Origin: Methanobacterium sp. UBA176
GTDB lineage: Archaea; Methanobacteriota; Methanobacteria; Methanobacteriales; Methanobacteriaceae
DNA: 32,000 bases
Reading direction: 5' to 3'
Assembly (NCBI GenBank): GCA_002505765.1
Contig: DAVZ01000019.1
Location: 1-32,000, forward strand
The notes beneath the pieces are model-generated. The model was not told the origin of the DNA. It searched no databases and worked only from the letters and a program-made list of their open reading frames with translations. The translations under genes were made by a program, and so were the position numbers. The first letter of the stretch is position 1. The number at the start of each line of letters is the position of its first letter. Below are positions 1 to 9,235 of the stretch, one piece after another.

Positions 1-358
1 GAATCAATATTTCATATTCGTTAATTATTGTTCTTTCAGTAAGACATATTAAGTCAAAAATAATTCAACAAATCTGCTCAACCCCCAATAACTTTACAAC
101 CCCACGTTAATAGAAAACTTAAATATTTAGATAGGGATTAAATTAATAAAATTAAAAAATTCCGCCATAAAATAGCTTAAATTTTAAAATAAATGAAATA
201 TGTTTTTATATTAAAAAAATAAAAATTTAGGAGCCCTCAAACACTATTATGTTTGGGGCATGCAAAAAACTATAAAAAATCGAAGATTTTTTATGCACAG
301 AAAAATGCAAGCATTTTCTTAGCTTTGTTTTTTGCGGATACGAAACTAGTTTCGCATG

Positions 359-395
359 CACCGAAAATCTCTCAAAAATCTCCGATTTTCGGGTG
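359..395 (-). terminator. Imperfect hairpin 7 nt downstream of the hdrB stop; possible 3' end structure
   Basis: ccgaaaatc (361-369) pairs with gattttcgg (384-392). The stem extends by 2 bp around a 1-nt bulge, and the loop is 14 nt. It lies directly after the stop codon at 402-404. Confidence 0.3.
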
Positions 396-401
396 AATAA
401 T

Positions 402-1328
402 TTATTCTCCGCCAGTTACTCTGTCTAATTCTTCTATCTCTTCAAGTGAACATTTTTCAAGAGCTGGATCCACACAGGTCATGTGTACATCCACAGTTAG
501 ATCTTCAGGGCTGTAGCCCATGGCAAGACCTAAAAATTGAGCAAGGTGGAACACAGGTACCTCGAATTCATCGCCGAATGTCTTTTTGATTTCAGTTTGA
601 CCTACATCAAACTGTAAGTGACAGAATGGACATACATTAACAATAACGTCTGCACCAGCAGCTGTCATGTTGGTTAACTTTTCTCTAGTGAAGTCTAAAG
701 CATTATCCAAGTCTCTTGAACGCACTCCACCACCAGCTCCACAGCACATCATTTTGTCTCTGTAATCTACAGATTTTGCACCGGTTGCTTCTACAATTTC
801 ATCTAAAATTGTTGGTTTTTCGGCGTTATCTATCTGTATATGTTCGGTTGGTCTTAAAAAGTGGCATCCGTAGTGTACAGCAACATTAAGGTCGTCTAAT
901 GGTTTTGTAACCATTTCAGATATTTTGTCAACACCCACATCGTTGTATAATATTTCTGCAAAGTGCCTTACCTTAACGTCGCCTTTGTATTCTCTTCCAA
1001 CTTCAGCAAGAACTTCATTAATTTTTGCCTTAGCTTCTTCGTCTTCTTTTAATTCGTGGTTGGTTTCAAATAATGTACCGAAACATCCATTACATTCGGT
1101 CATTACATCCATACCCATATCTTCTGCTATGGTTATGTTTCTTGCTGCTATGGATAACCAGCTGGTCTTATCAAATGATCCAAATACACCAGGTGCAGGG
1201 CAGCATGAAGCTCCTTCCATATCTTTGAGGTTTATGCCCATTTTTTCAAACATAACTCTTGTAGCTTTTTCGATTCCCGGGTATCTGTTGTTCATAATAC
1301 ATCCTAAGAAATATGCGAAATCTGCCAT
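402..1328 (-). CDS. hdrB: Heterodisulfide reductase subunit B (HdrB)
   Basis: The 308-aa ORF has an N-terminus (FAYFLGCIMNNRYPGIEKATR) typical of methanogen HdrB. It carries two CCG-type cysteine motifs (GASCCPAPG, MMCCGAGGG). It starts 13 nt downstream of hdrC. Confidence 0.95.
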   Translation of the reverse strand: MADFAYFLGCIMNNRYPGIEKATRVMFEKMGINLKDMEGASCCPAPGVFGSFDKTSWLSIAARNITIAEDMGMDVMTECNGCFGTLFETNHELKEDEEAKAKINEVLAEVGREYKGDVKVRHFAEILYNDVGVDKISEMVTKPLDDLNVAVHYGCHFLRPTEHIQIDNAEKPTILDEIVEATGAKSVDYRDKMMCCGAGGGVRSRDLDNALDFTREKLTNMTAAGADVIVNVCPFCHLQFDVGQTEIKKTFGDEFEVPVFHLAQFLGLAMGYSPEDLTVDVHMTCVDPALEKCSLEEIEELDRVTGGE

Positions 1329-1341
1329 TTATTATTCCTCC

Positions 1342-2208
1342 TTATTCTAATTCTCCGGTTTCCCAGTTGTATCCGATTAAACTGTCAAATTGTGTTTTCT
1401 TCAGTATATTCTTTACTTCTTCAAGTGCTTCAGGGAATTCATGAGTAGTTGGTGGTAATTCATTTAGCCCTACTCTTTTTCTGAGTTCCATGGTAGCGTC
1501 GTTTATAGGTACACCGTGCCCGGTTTTCAATACGAAAGTTCCAACCATTTTGTGTGCCTGTGCCATTTTTCCAGCTCGAGATTGCATGTTCCTTATTGCT
1601 TTAACAACATCTACTATTTCAACGCCTCTTGGACATCTTTCCTGGCATGTATAGCATGTAACACATTCCCAGATAGTTTCATCATTTATAACTTCATCTT
1701 TAAGTCCTAAATTAGCCTTTCTAATAATGCTTCTTATTCTGTATGGTGTTCTTCTTCCTGAAGGACATGAGCCAGTACATGTACCGCACTGATAGCACAA
1801 ACCTATAGTTTCTACTCCAGCATCAACGATGCTTTGTTTAAAATCTGGATCTATATTCTCAGGATTTACTAAGTTTTCTTCTTTATTAAGTAAAGTCATA
1901 CTTACACTTCCTTTGGTTTTAGGCTCTTCTTTTTTGGCTTCTTCAACGATTTCAGGTTCTTCTTCCTTTGTTTCTTCAACGATTTCAGGTTCTTCTTCTT
2001 TGGTTTCTTCAGCTTCTTCTTCTACAGTAGTTTTAATTTTGACTTCTTCTTTTTCTACTGTAGATGCTGCTTCTTCTGGTTTATCAGGGGTTTCACTGGT
2101 TTCTTCTATAGTTTCTGGTGTTTCAATATTTTCTTTAGTATCTTTTTTTTCGTCTTCTTCTGCCTCTTGCCCGGTCAAAAAGTTTTTCAAGCGTTTTAAG
2201 GTTCTCAT
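1342..2208 (-). CDS. hdrC: Heterodisulfide reductase subunit C (HdrC) with an ~100-aa acidic N-terminal extension; the canonical HdrC core starts at the ATG at 1899
   Basis: Two ferredoxin-type motifs are present (CYQCGTCTGSCP, CVTCYTCQERCP). The frame is open from the ATG at 2208 (MRTLKRLKNF), which has AGGTG about 12 nt upstream. The track start at 2292 overlaps a TATA-like box and is unlikely. An alternative start, MTLLNKEEN, is at 1899. Confidence 0.85.
   Translation of the reverse strand: MRTLKRLKNFLTGQEAEEDEKKDTKENIETPETIEETSETPDKPEEAASTVEKEEVKIKTTVEEEAEETKEEEPEIVEETKEEEPEIVEEAKKEEPKTKGSVSMTLLNKEENLVNPENIDPDFKQSIVDAGVETIGLCYQCGTCTGSCPSGRRTPYRIRSIIRKANLGLKDEVINDETIWECVTCYTCQERCPRGVEIVDVVKAIRNMQSRAGKMAQAHKMVGTFVLKTGHGVPINDATMELRKRVGLNELPPTTHEFPEALEEVKNILKKTQFDSLIGYNWETGELE
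1941..2006 (-). repeat. 33-bp tandem duplication inside the hdrC extension, encoding TKEEEPEIVEE twice
   Basis: cttcaacgatttcaggttcttcttc... occurs at 1941-1973 and again at 1974-2006, with 2 mismatches in 33. Confidence 0.9.
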
Positions 2209-2280
2209 TTTTTTTCCCACACCTATTAATTGCAGGTTTGTGTGAAAATAACAATTTTCATATCTACGTTGATGAACACT

Positions 2281-2292
2281 GTATATATACAT
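2281..2292 (-). promoter_or_regulatory. Candidate archaeal TATA box for hdrCB
   Basis: The minus strand reads gcaatgTATATATAC about 74 nt upstream of the ATG at 2208. No other strong TATA lies between it and the start. Confidence 0.35.
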
Positions 2293-2474
2293 TGCGGAAA
2301 TTTTGTTTACTGTAACCTTTTTAGTGACACCATATTTTTAATTTTTATCACGATGAATCAGGTCAAGAAATTGAGTTTCATCAGTATGTTTTAATTTAAG
2401 CTAAAAATAATATTTAAGTTAAATTCCATTGGGTAATATTTAGTGAACAACGATACATACAGTAAAATCTGACA

Positions 2475-2643
2475 GCATTCACAAGTGTTTTGATATTCGT
2501 TACTGGTTATTATCAATATAGATTTCCTGTGTGTCAGAGGTTTCCTTGTAATTTTCCAGGCATTATAAGTGTTTTGATATTTGTTACTGGTTATTTTCAA
2601 TATAGATTTCCTGTGTGTCAGAGGTTTCCTTGTAATTTTCCAG
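2475..2643. repeat. Head-to-tail tandem duplication of an ~85-bp non-coding unit upstream of hdrC
   Basis: The units are 2475-2559 and 2560-2643. Their 77-bp cores (2483-2559 and 2567-2643) differ at only 2 positions. Confidence 0.95.
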
Positions 2644-3036
2644 TTAATATTATCTAAGCTTGTTATTGTGCTTGAATAAATGATCTATTGTCTATTTTGC
2701 ATGTTCCAGTGATTACTTTTGTTTCAATTTTTAATATTGATTGCTATTCAGATATAATAATTTTCCATTCTTTAAAGTTCATTAATAATCTAAATTTTTG
2801 CTTATTTTATGGAAAAATCAGGTTTTAAGGACTTTTATTTAATTATAGCAATTTATAAAGTTTATTCTTTATTCATAATACACAATCAATCTCTAATAAG
2901 TATTTTCTATTATTATCATTAATTTACCAACTTTCTAATTTATTCCATAAATAGAAAATGAAGGACAGTTTGAGATTTAAATTAAATCTAACCATAAAAA
3001 ATTAATCTCCACAGAATACAAATTTAATCAATTAAA

Positions 3037-3546
3037 TTAGTTCCTATTTTTAAAAATAAAGAATAAGCAACGACTTATTAAGGAAATTAATGTAAATATA
3101 ATAATAATATCAAGTAAAAACCCATAAACAGTATTAGGAGAAATTAGGGTGATCAGGATGATTATAAAAAGGAAAGAACCATAATATTTACCAATGGGGT
3201 CATAAACCAGTATTTTAAACTTTGATGTGATAATAAACTGCAGGAATACCAAAATTATAAGAAACAAAATCCACACAGGATAAATTCCTTTAAGGATAAA
3301 TGAACTGAATGCTATAAGAACAAGGAAAAAATCTGCGGTTATATCTAAATATGCTCCAAAGGAAGTATCTATATCAAATTTACGGGCTAAGTATCCATCC
3401 AGTGCATCACTAAAAATTGCAAAAATAAAAATAATTACAGATAAAACTAATTTGTCATTTAAAAAGAAAAATAAGAATACAAATGCCAGTATTATCCTTA
3501 GAATACTGATTGCTGACGGAATTTTTTTAAAAAAATCTTTTTTCAT
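3037..3546 (-). CDS. CDP-alcohol phosphatidyltransferase family membrane protein
   Basis: It carries a perfect D-x2-D-G-x2-A-R-x8-G-x3-D-x3-D motif (DALDGYLARKFDIDTSFGAYLDITAD) and is multi-pass hydrophobic. The start is placed at the ATG at 3546 (MKKDFFKK), because the longer track ORF would overlap the divergent neighbour. Confidence 0.8.
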   Translation of the reverse strand: MKKDFFKKIPSAISILRIILAFVFLFFFLNDKLVLSVIIFIFAIFSDALDGYLARKFDIDTSFGAYLDITADFFLVLIAFSSFILKGIYPVWILFLIILVFLQFIITSKFKILVYDPIGKYYGSFLFIIILITLISPNTVYGFLLDIIIIFTLISLISRCLFFIFKNRN

Positions 3547-3639
3547 TTTAATCAGTGGGAATTTTAATTTAACACCTGGTACAAATATTTTTAAGCTTTT
3601 ACTTAAATAAATAGAATAATAATTTAAAGATTGATTCTC

Positions 3640-4371
3640 ATGCTCATTGTAAAACAGCACGATGGTCCATCAAGGCTTGGTAAATTTGACCAATTAAACA
3701 CTCCTGCAATTTTAAAGTACACAGACCAGTTAGAGATTGTAAAAGACGAACCTATGCCTTACGACGTTCCTAAAGAGCTAGCCCAATGGTCAGTTAATAG
3801 AACAATTGAATTAGCCAATAAAAGCAAAGGCGAGGGAATTGCAGTTATTCAGGGTTCTAAATACATTGATTTAAGAATTAAGTGTGCTGAAAAATTGGAT
3901 CTTATAGGGTATACCACTTTGATGATTGCAAATTCTGAGAAACTGCTTAAAAACCCAAGGAATCTTGTGGATATAGTTGTAAATATAAGAAAAACTGTAA
4001 ATCCCAACGTGGCATTATATTTTCCTTTCATAGATGCTTCATTTATCCCTTTACTTGCTTATATGGGAATAGATTTAGTTGGAGACGTTTCGGCGGGTTA
4101 TTGTACTTATTTGAATAGATTAGTAACTCCTACAGCCATTTATGACCTTGAAGAGTATAAAATCTATGAATTTGGCTTTGATGAGCTTGAATCCTATAAT
4201 AAGCGCACTTTAGATTTTGTTACAAGAGAAATAAGGGAGAATATAAAGAACATGACCTTAAGAAACCTTGTTGAAGAAAGATGCTGCACCTCCCCGGAGG
4301 CTATGTCAGCTCTAAGAATACTCGATAAAAAGTATTCTGACTTTTTAAAAGAGTATACACCTTTATACTAA
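3640..4371 (+). CDS. Short TGT-fold-like protein (tRNA-guanine transglycosylase / archaeosine-synthase N-terminal type); function uncertain
   Basis: The N-terminus HDGPSRLGKF..LNTPAIL resembles the start of archaeal TGT/ArcS proteins, but the ORF is only ~243 aa. The start is moved from the TTG at 3631 to the ATG at 3640. Confidence 0.5.
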   Translation: MLIVKQHDGPSRLGKFDQLNTPAILKYTDQLEIVKDEPMPYDVPKELAQWSVNRTIELANKSKGEGIAVIQGSKYIDLRIKCAEKLDLIGYTTLMIANSEKLLKNPRNLVDIVVNIRKTVNPNVALYFPFIDASFIPLLAYMGIDLVGDVSAGYCTYLNRLVTPTAIYDLEEYKIYEFGFDELESYNKRTLDFVTREIRENIKNMTLRNLVEERCCTSPEAMSALRILDKKYSDFLKEYTPLY

Positions 4372-4373
4372 TT

Positions 4374-4516
4374 TATAGTCATGTGCATAGATAATTAAAC
4401 TTATGATTATCAGATTATACCGGATAAAGTGGATTAAATCCAATTCCTGGAGCTTTCAATTTTCTTTGAATTTATGATGCGCTTAAAGGATTTTTTTTTT
4501 ACAGGCCTTCATTGAA
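4374..4516 (+). repeat. Copy A of a ~143-bp intergenic element; candidate small RNA gene or MITE-like repeat
   Basis: It is about 93% identical to the reverse complement of 29727-29870. It contains a T10 run (4491-4500) and two predicted hairpins (4420-4450 and 4455-4470). Confidence 0.85.
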
Positions 4517-4799
4517 CTAACAGCCTAAAAACTTTTGCAATTAACTATAATTACCCAATATAGAACATTGTATATGACATACAGGGTACACAGAATTATA
4601 AAAAAACAATTATTGTAATTTTAAAGGTTTAAAAAGTCAATTAATTAATATAAATTATATTTTATCAAGTTAAAATAATTAAAAAAGTATTATTTCATTT
4701 CTATTTATTTATTATAAAAAATAATCTATAATTCATAAAATTTTAATTGAAAAAAAATATATATCGGACATTTAATAAATATGAAAAGAGTTTAGAAAT

Positions 4800-4878
4800 G
4801 GGAGGGCATTAGATCCAAAAATCAGAGGCGGTTTGATTTTTTTGCGGAAAATTAAGAGGAGTCTAATTTTACCCTCCC
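4800..4878. other. Long imperfect stem-loop; possible structured RNA or regulatory element upstream of nob1
   Basis: GGGAGGG (4800-4806) pairs with CCCTCCC (4872-4878). attaga (4808-4813) pairs with tctaat (4862-4867), and tcc pairs with gga. An inner hairpin pairs aaaaatca (4817-4824) with tgattttt (4834-4841). Confidence 0.3.
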
Positions 4879-5005
4879 TTAAATACTTTTCTGTAATTCA
4901 TAACATAAAAACTTTCTGTATAGTATGAACATTTTAGTTCAACATTAAATATTTGCTCAAAGTTCTTTTCAACAAATTATTATTTTATAAAATATGATAC
5001 ATATT

Positions 5006-5515
5006 ATGGAAAAAAAAGTTTATGTTCTGGATTCTTCTGCAATAATAGGTGGCTATAATTTCAAGAATTTAGATAACTATACTATAAATGAAGTTATTTC
5101 TGAAATCAAAGACTTTAAATCAGAATTATTATTGCAATCTTCCATTGAAGATGGTCAGATTAAATTAGAACAACCAGATAGGGAAGATCTGGAAAAAGTG
5201 AATCTTGTTACCAGATCTTCTGGAGATATATTAAGGCTTTCTGAAGTCGATAAAAAGGTTATTGCACTTGCATTAAAATTTAAAAGGAAAGGAATAAATC
5301 CTGTAGTGATAACAGATGACTACACCATGCAAAACACGCTTAAAATCGTTGGAATTCCTTATAAAAGTATTTTGACCTCTGGAATTGAAGGAATTCTAAA
5401 CTGGATTAAAGTTTGCAAGGGATGCAAAAAAAGATATCCTCCTGAATATAAATTTGAAGAATGTGAGATATGTGGTTCCAGAATTTTCAAAAAGAAGATA
5501 AAAAAAACAATTTAA
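5006..5515 (+). CDS. nob1: Archaeal Nob1-type endonuclease (PIN domain plus C-terminal zinc ribbon)
   Basis: It has a PIN-like N-terminus (VYVLDSSAIIGG ... VITDDYTMQN). The C-terminal zinc ribbon is CKGC-x14-CEIC. The ~170-aa size is typical of archaeal Nob1. Confidence 0.75.
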   Translation: MEKKVYVLDSSAIIGGYNFKNLDNYTINEVISEIKDFKSELLLQSSIEDGQIKLEQPDREDLEKVNLVTRSSGDILRLSEVDKKVIALALKFKRKGINPVVITDDYTMQNTLKIVGIPYKSILTSGIEGILNWIKVCKGCKKRYPPEYKFEECEICGSRIFKKKIKKTI

Positions 5516-5594
5516 TCAAATTTAGAATCATTAATTTTGAAAATTTTCAATTAAATAGATAATTTTAATAGATATTTAGGTACAACAGTGAATA

Positions 5595-6692
5595 ATGAAA
5601 ATTGGAATTGTTGTGCATGGGCCATTTGTGGTTGATTCTGGTCATGCAGAGGAAATTTTGAATCTATTGAGTAATTATGGAGAAGTAAAAGCCCGTTTAG
5701 GGGGTACTATGGGCAGAACTGCTGTTCATGATGCAGGGCTTGAGGATGAAATTGATATTCGCATGAAGATGCTTCCCAGTCAGTCTGTAGATAAATTTAT
5801 AGAAGAAAAATATGATGTTGTTATATTGATAAACTATGGAAAGTCATCTATCACAGGTCATGCATTCGGATTTAAAGTATTTAGCCATTGTCAGGGTAAT
5901 CCTCCCCTAATACAGATTGAAAGACCCGGAGAAAGAGATGGTAGCATAATACCATGGATTAGCTCGTTGAACGAACTTGCAGAAAGGATATCTAAGGATA
6001 TGAATCTTAAAATTGTTTATCCGCAGGAAATAAAAGAAAAAATGGCTTCTAATAAAGTAAGTGAAATCGAAAGGACCATAGCAGGAGTATCTCCTGGTGA
6101 AAATATATTTGTTAATGGAATTGTCGTAGGAAAATCTATATCCTGTCATGTAACTTTAATTGCAGAGAATGGCTTTATAACTGAAATAAATGGAGCAAAT
6201 ATAAAAGAACATGGAGTGGAAAAACTTGGTAAAATAGACCTACAAACAGCAATAGTAAAAACAGGACTGCTTAGAAGATCCGAAGTCTCACCAAGAATAC
6301 TTAAATCAAATAATAACCACGATAAACTTAAAGTAGCATTTCTAAACCATGCAGCAGAGGATATATATCAATTAAAAAATGCAGACTACGTTGTAACCAT
6401 TGGCGACGATACCACACTTGTTGCAGGTGATATACTCTATAGATTTGACGTTCCTGTAATTGGAATCACCGATGGAGACATTGATAAAGTTGTGGAAAAG
6501 GGATTTAAAACAAAACGATCCTTAATAATTGAGCTTGAAAAGGACTTAGATGACGTAATTGGTGAAAAAATTCATTCTGAACTTTTCAATGGTGAAGAAA
6601 TCATTGAAATAGAAAATATCGAAAATTTTAAAAAGGAAATATTACAGATTATAAACGATATAACCACTTGCTATAAAATAAAAGAAAATTGA
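5595..6692 (+). CDS. Conserved archaeal protein of unknown function, first gene of the marker operon (possibly a DUF2117-type family; not verified)
   Basis: The 365-aa ORF has a GTGA RBS-like motif upstream. It ends 9 nt before the next gene. I recognise no catalytic motif. Confidence 0.7.
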   Translation: MKIGIVVHGPFVVDSGHAEEILNLLSNYGEVKARLGGTMGRTAVHDAGLEDEIDIRMKMLPSQSVDKFIEEKYDVVILINYGKSSITGHAFGFKVFSHCQGNPPLIQIERPGERDGSIIPWISSLNELAERISKDMNLKIVYPQEIKEKMASNKVSEIERTIAGVSPGENIFVNGIVVGKSISCHVTLIAENGFITEINGANIKEHGVEKLGKIDLQTAIVKTGLLRRSEVSPRILKSNNNHDKLKVAFLNHAAEDIYQLKNADYVVTIGDDTTLVAGDILYRFDVPVIGITDGDIDKVVEKGFKTKRSLIIELEKDLDDVIGEKIHSELFNGEEIIEIENIENFKKEILQIINDITTCYKIKEN

Positions 6693-6701
6693 GGTGTACA
6701 G

Positions 6702-7700
6702 GTGGATTTAAACCATCTTATTACTTCCCTAAGGAATTTTGAAGGGATTACACGAAAAAATCCAATTAAGAAAATAACCAATATACTGGAAGATACCTAT
6801 AACATCGCTGGAAAAACTGTTTTGAGTTTTGGAGACGATGCATCTGCGCTGGATATTGGAAATGACAAATTGATTCTTCTTGCAGCCGACGGAATGTGGG
6901 GGAAGCTTATGGAAGCTGATCCAAAATGGGCTGGATACTGTTCTGTTTTAGTTAACGTAAACGACATTGCAGCAATGGGCGGCGAGCCAATTGGTATGAC
7001 CAACGTTCTTTCAACCTCTGATGATAAAATACGCGATGAAATACTATTAGGAATTAAAGAAGGAGTTGAAAAATTCGGTGTCCCTATGGTGGGAGGCCAT
7101 TTTCATCCAGATACACCATATAATGCACTGGATGTTTCTATTACTGGGATAGTTGACAAAGATGATATTATAACAAGCTGTAATGCAGAAGCTGGCCATA
7201 AAGTTATAGTTGCAATGGATATCCATGGCCAGATTCATCCAAAATTTAATCTCAACTGGGATACAACAACAATGAAAAGTGCTGCCCTCGTACAGTCTCA
7301 AATTAAGATGATGAATAAAATAGCAAGGGAACATCTTGTAAGTTCTGGAAGGGACATAAGCAATCCAGGAACTCTCGGAACCCTTGGAATGCTTCTTGAA
7401 GCTTCTGATGTAGGAGCATCTGTTGAAATTGAAAAGATTCCCAGAAATGAGAGTATTGAATGGGAGCAATGGCTTAAATTATATCCTGGAGCAGGATTTG
7501 TCTTAACTGCTAAAAAAGAAAACGTGGATAGATGTATAAAATTATTTGAAGAAGTAAATATTAAATCAGCAGTTGTTGGAGAAATTATTAAAGATAAAAA
7601 GCTTTATATAACTTTTAAAAATGAAACAGGAATATTATTCGACTTTGATGACGACGAAATAATGGGCATTAAAGAAGAAAGATCATCTGAGGAGATTTAA
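6702..7700 (+). CDS. AIR-synthase-related (PurM/ThiL/HypE fold) protein; methanogenesis marker protein 2 type
   Basis: The motifs [18 protein letters not shown] and [10 protein letters not shown] are characteristic of the PurM-like ATP-dependent superfamily. It uses a GTG start with GAGGTG upstream. Its stop overlaps the next start by 1 nt. Confidence 0.8.
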   Translation: MDLNHLITSLRNFEGITRKNPIKKITNILEDTYNIAGKTVLSFGDDASALDIGNDKLILLAADGMWGKLMEADPKWAGYCSVLVNVNDIAAMGGEPIGMTNVLSTSDDKIRDEILLGIKEGVEKFGVPMVGGHFHPDTPYNALDVSITGIVDKDDIITSCNAEAGHKVIVAMDIHGQIHPKFNLNWDTTTMKSAALVQSQIKMMNKIAREHLVSSGRDISNPGTLGTLGMLLEASDVGASVEIEKIPRNESIEWEQWLKLYPGAGFVLTAKKENVDRCIKLFEEVNIKSAVVGEIIKDKKLYITFKNETGILFDFDDDEIMGIKEERSSEEI

Positions 7701-9235
7701 TGAATGTTAGGGTCAATGGAGAAAAAATAGGCCTTCCTGAAGGTTCAACACTTAGAGATGCCATAGAAACTGCAGAAGCACCCTATATCGAAGGTTGTAT
7801 CCTATCAGTTATAAAGGGCAAAGAAGAAGTTGAAAAATATGTGAACAAATATAAAATAAAAACCAGTAAAGGAAGCATAATAATAGAATTACTGGAAGAT
7901 GGACCTTCAAATCTGGTAGATACATGGAAAAAACGTTATAAAGAGTTTGAAAGTTTAAGAATAAGATGGACCACCTCTAACGAAGTCTCTTTAGGCCCCA
8001 TTAAAACAGATTTAGTTCCTACAAGAGAAGAATATCAATATTTTCCCTGGGAGGTTATAATGAGTCTTTCAGGATTTACTGCAGAATCAACACATATTAT
8101 TTTAAGCAAATCAAAACATGACGGAATTTATGGAGTTCCTGAAGGAAATAGAGGTGTTTTTGCCCGTGTAATAGGGGGTAAAAGAACTGTATTCACCCTT
8201 GCTGACGATGATTTTATAAATGAAATAAAACCCGTGATTGAGCGAAGCAGCACCATTAAAAGCGCTACAACAATTGATTTAAATACCCCAGTTGAAGATG
8301 GAAATGAAATATTTACATACGTCCTTGTTAAGCCAGAATTCAGATCTCCCAGTTCTGTTGAACACTTCTTTGCACTAGCTGAAGAGGGTAAAATAAGAGT
8401 AGATTATGAATCTAATTCATTTATAGGTTTTTACAAGTTGCACGGCCTTGAAAAAAATGCAGAACTAATCGATAAAAGAAGTAGGGGAACAATAACGCTT
8501 CGAAATAAAGGTAAAGGAGTAGGGAAGGTTTATATTTACAGAGAAGATAGAGTATCAGCACCATCACATACTATCGTTGGCCATGTTGAGAAAGGAATGC
8601 AAATACTTGATATAGCAGATACTGGAGATTTAATCACATTCAAATCTAACCCTGAAAGAATAATGACCCTCTCTATGACCCAGAAAGAAGCAGAAGAATA
8701 TTTAACTTCTAAAGGAATAGAACAGATACGCGAAGGCCTTGCTGACGATAGTGCAATAGTAGTGGGTCAAGATCCAGAGTTTACAATGGATATTATACAT
8801 GGCAAAAGAGCATATACTCTGGGAATCGATGAAAATAAAATAATTGAAGTTGAAATTGATGAAAAAGCCCTTAGATCCTCATGGTATTTCAAAAAACTTA
8901 CAGGACTCCTTGATTCTCCGGTAGGATCCCTACAAATACATTTTGCCTTTCCAGGAATGAAGGTAATGATGTTTAAAGGTAGTTCAAAAGATGCTAAAGG
9001 ACTTATTCCTGAGAACATTCCACAAAAATGCGTGAAAACTGGTGAAATAGGAATAACAAACATGTCCCGTAGACAAATTGGAGTAGTGGGAGTAAGATTT
9101 GAAGACAATGATGAATACGGCCCAACTGGAGAACCATTTGGAGGTACCAATATAGTTGGAAGGGTGGTTAAAGGGCTTGAAAATCTTGAAAAGTTAAAAG
9201 AGGGTGAAGTAGTCTATGTCAAAAGAAAAATCTGA
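7700..9235 (+). CDS. UPF0288 / methanogenesis marker protein 3 type (511 aa)
   Basis: The length and the position after the PurM-like gene match the conserved methanogen cluster as I recall it. It is translationally coupled on both sides. The family assignment is from memory and has not been searched. Confidence 0.7.
   Translation: MNVRVNGEKIGLPEGSTLRDAIETAEAPYIEGCILSVIKGKEEVEKYVNKYKIKTSKGSIIIELLEDGPSNLVDTWKKRYKEFESLRIRWTTSNEVSLGPIKTDLVPTREEYQYFPWEVIMSLSGFTAESTHIILSKSKHDGIYGVPEGNRGVFARVIGGKRTVFTLADDDFINEIKPVIERSSTIKSATTIDLNTPVEDGNEIFTYVLVKPEFRSPSSVEHFFALAEEGKIRVDYESNSFIGFYKLHGLEKNAELIDKRSRGTITLRNKGKGVGKVYIYREDRVSAPSHTIVGHVEKGMQILDIADTGDLITFKSNPERIMTLSMTQKEAEEYLTSKGIEQIREGLADDSAIVVGQDPEFTMDIIHGKRAYTLGIDENKIIEVEIDEKALRSSWYFKKLTGLLDSPVGSLQIHFAFPGMKVMMFKGSSKDAKGLIPENIPQKCVKTGEIGITNMSRRQIGVVGVRFEDNDEYGPTGEPFGGTNIVGRVVKGLENLEKLKEGEVVYVKRKI

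Noticed and set aside
925-2245. Plus-strand ORFs 925-1350, 1516-1710 and 1829-2245 opposite hdrB and hdrC
   Set aside because: These are antisense shadow ORFs with low-complexity Ser/Leu/Phe-rich translations. The opposite strand carries clearly recognisable Hdr motifs.
2391-2600. 69-aa minus-strand ORF
   Set aside because: It is simply a read-through of the ~85-bp tandem duplication, so the protein shows the same internal repeat. It has no RBS and no coding-like composition.
4374-4516. Classifying the repeated element as a box C/D sRNA
   Set aside because: Only degenerate C-box-like strings (ATGATTA, ATGATGC) are present. No properly spaced CTGA D box follows on the same strand. At ~143 bp the element is also much longer than archaeal C/D sRNAs.
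4560-4800. Extremely AT-rich 240-bp stretch as a replication origin
   Set aside because: I could find no repeated ORB-like elements and no cdc6/orc1 gene nearby. AT-rich intergenic DNA is normal for this genome.
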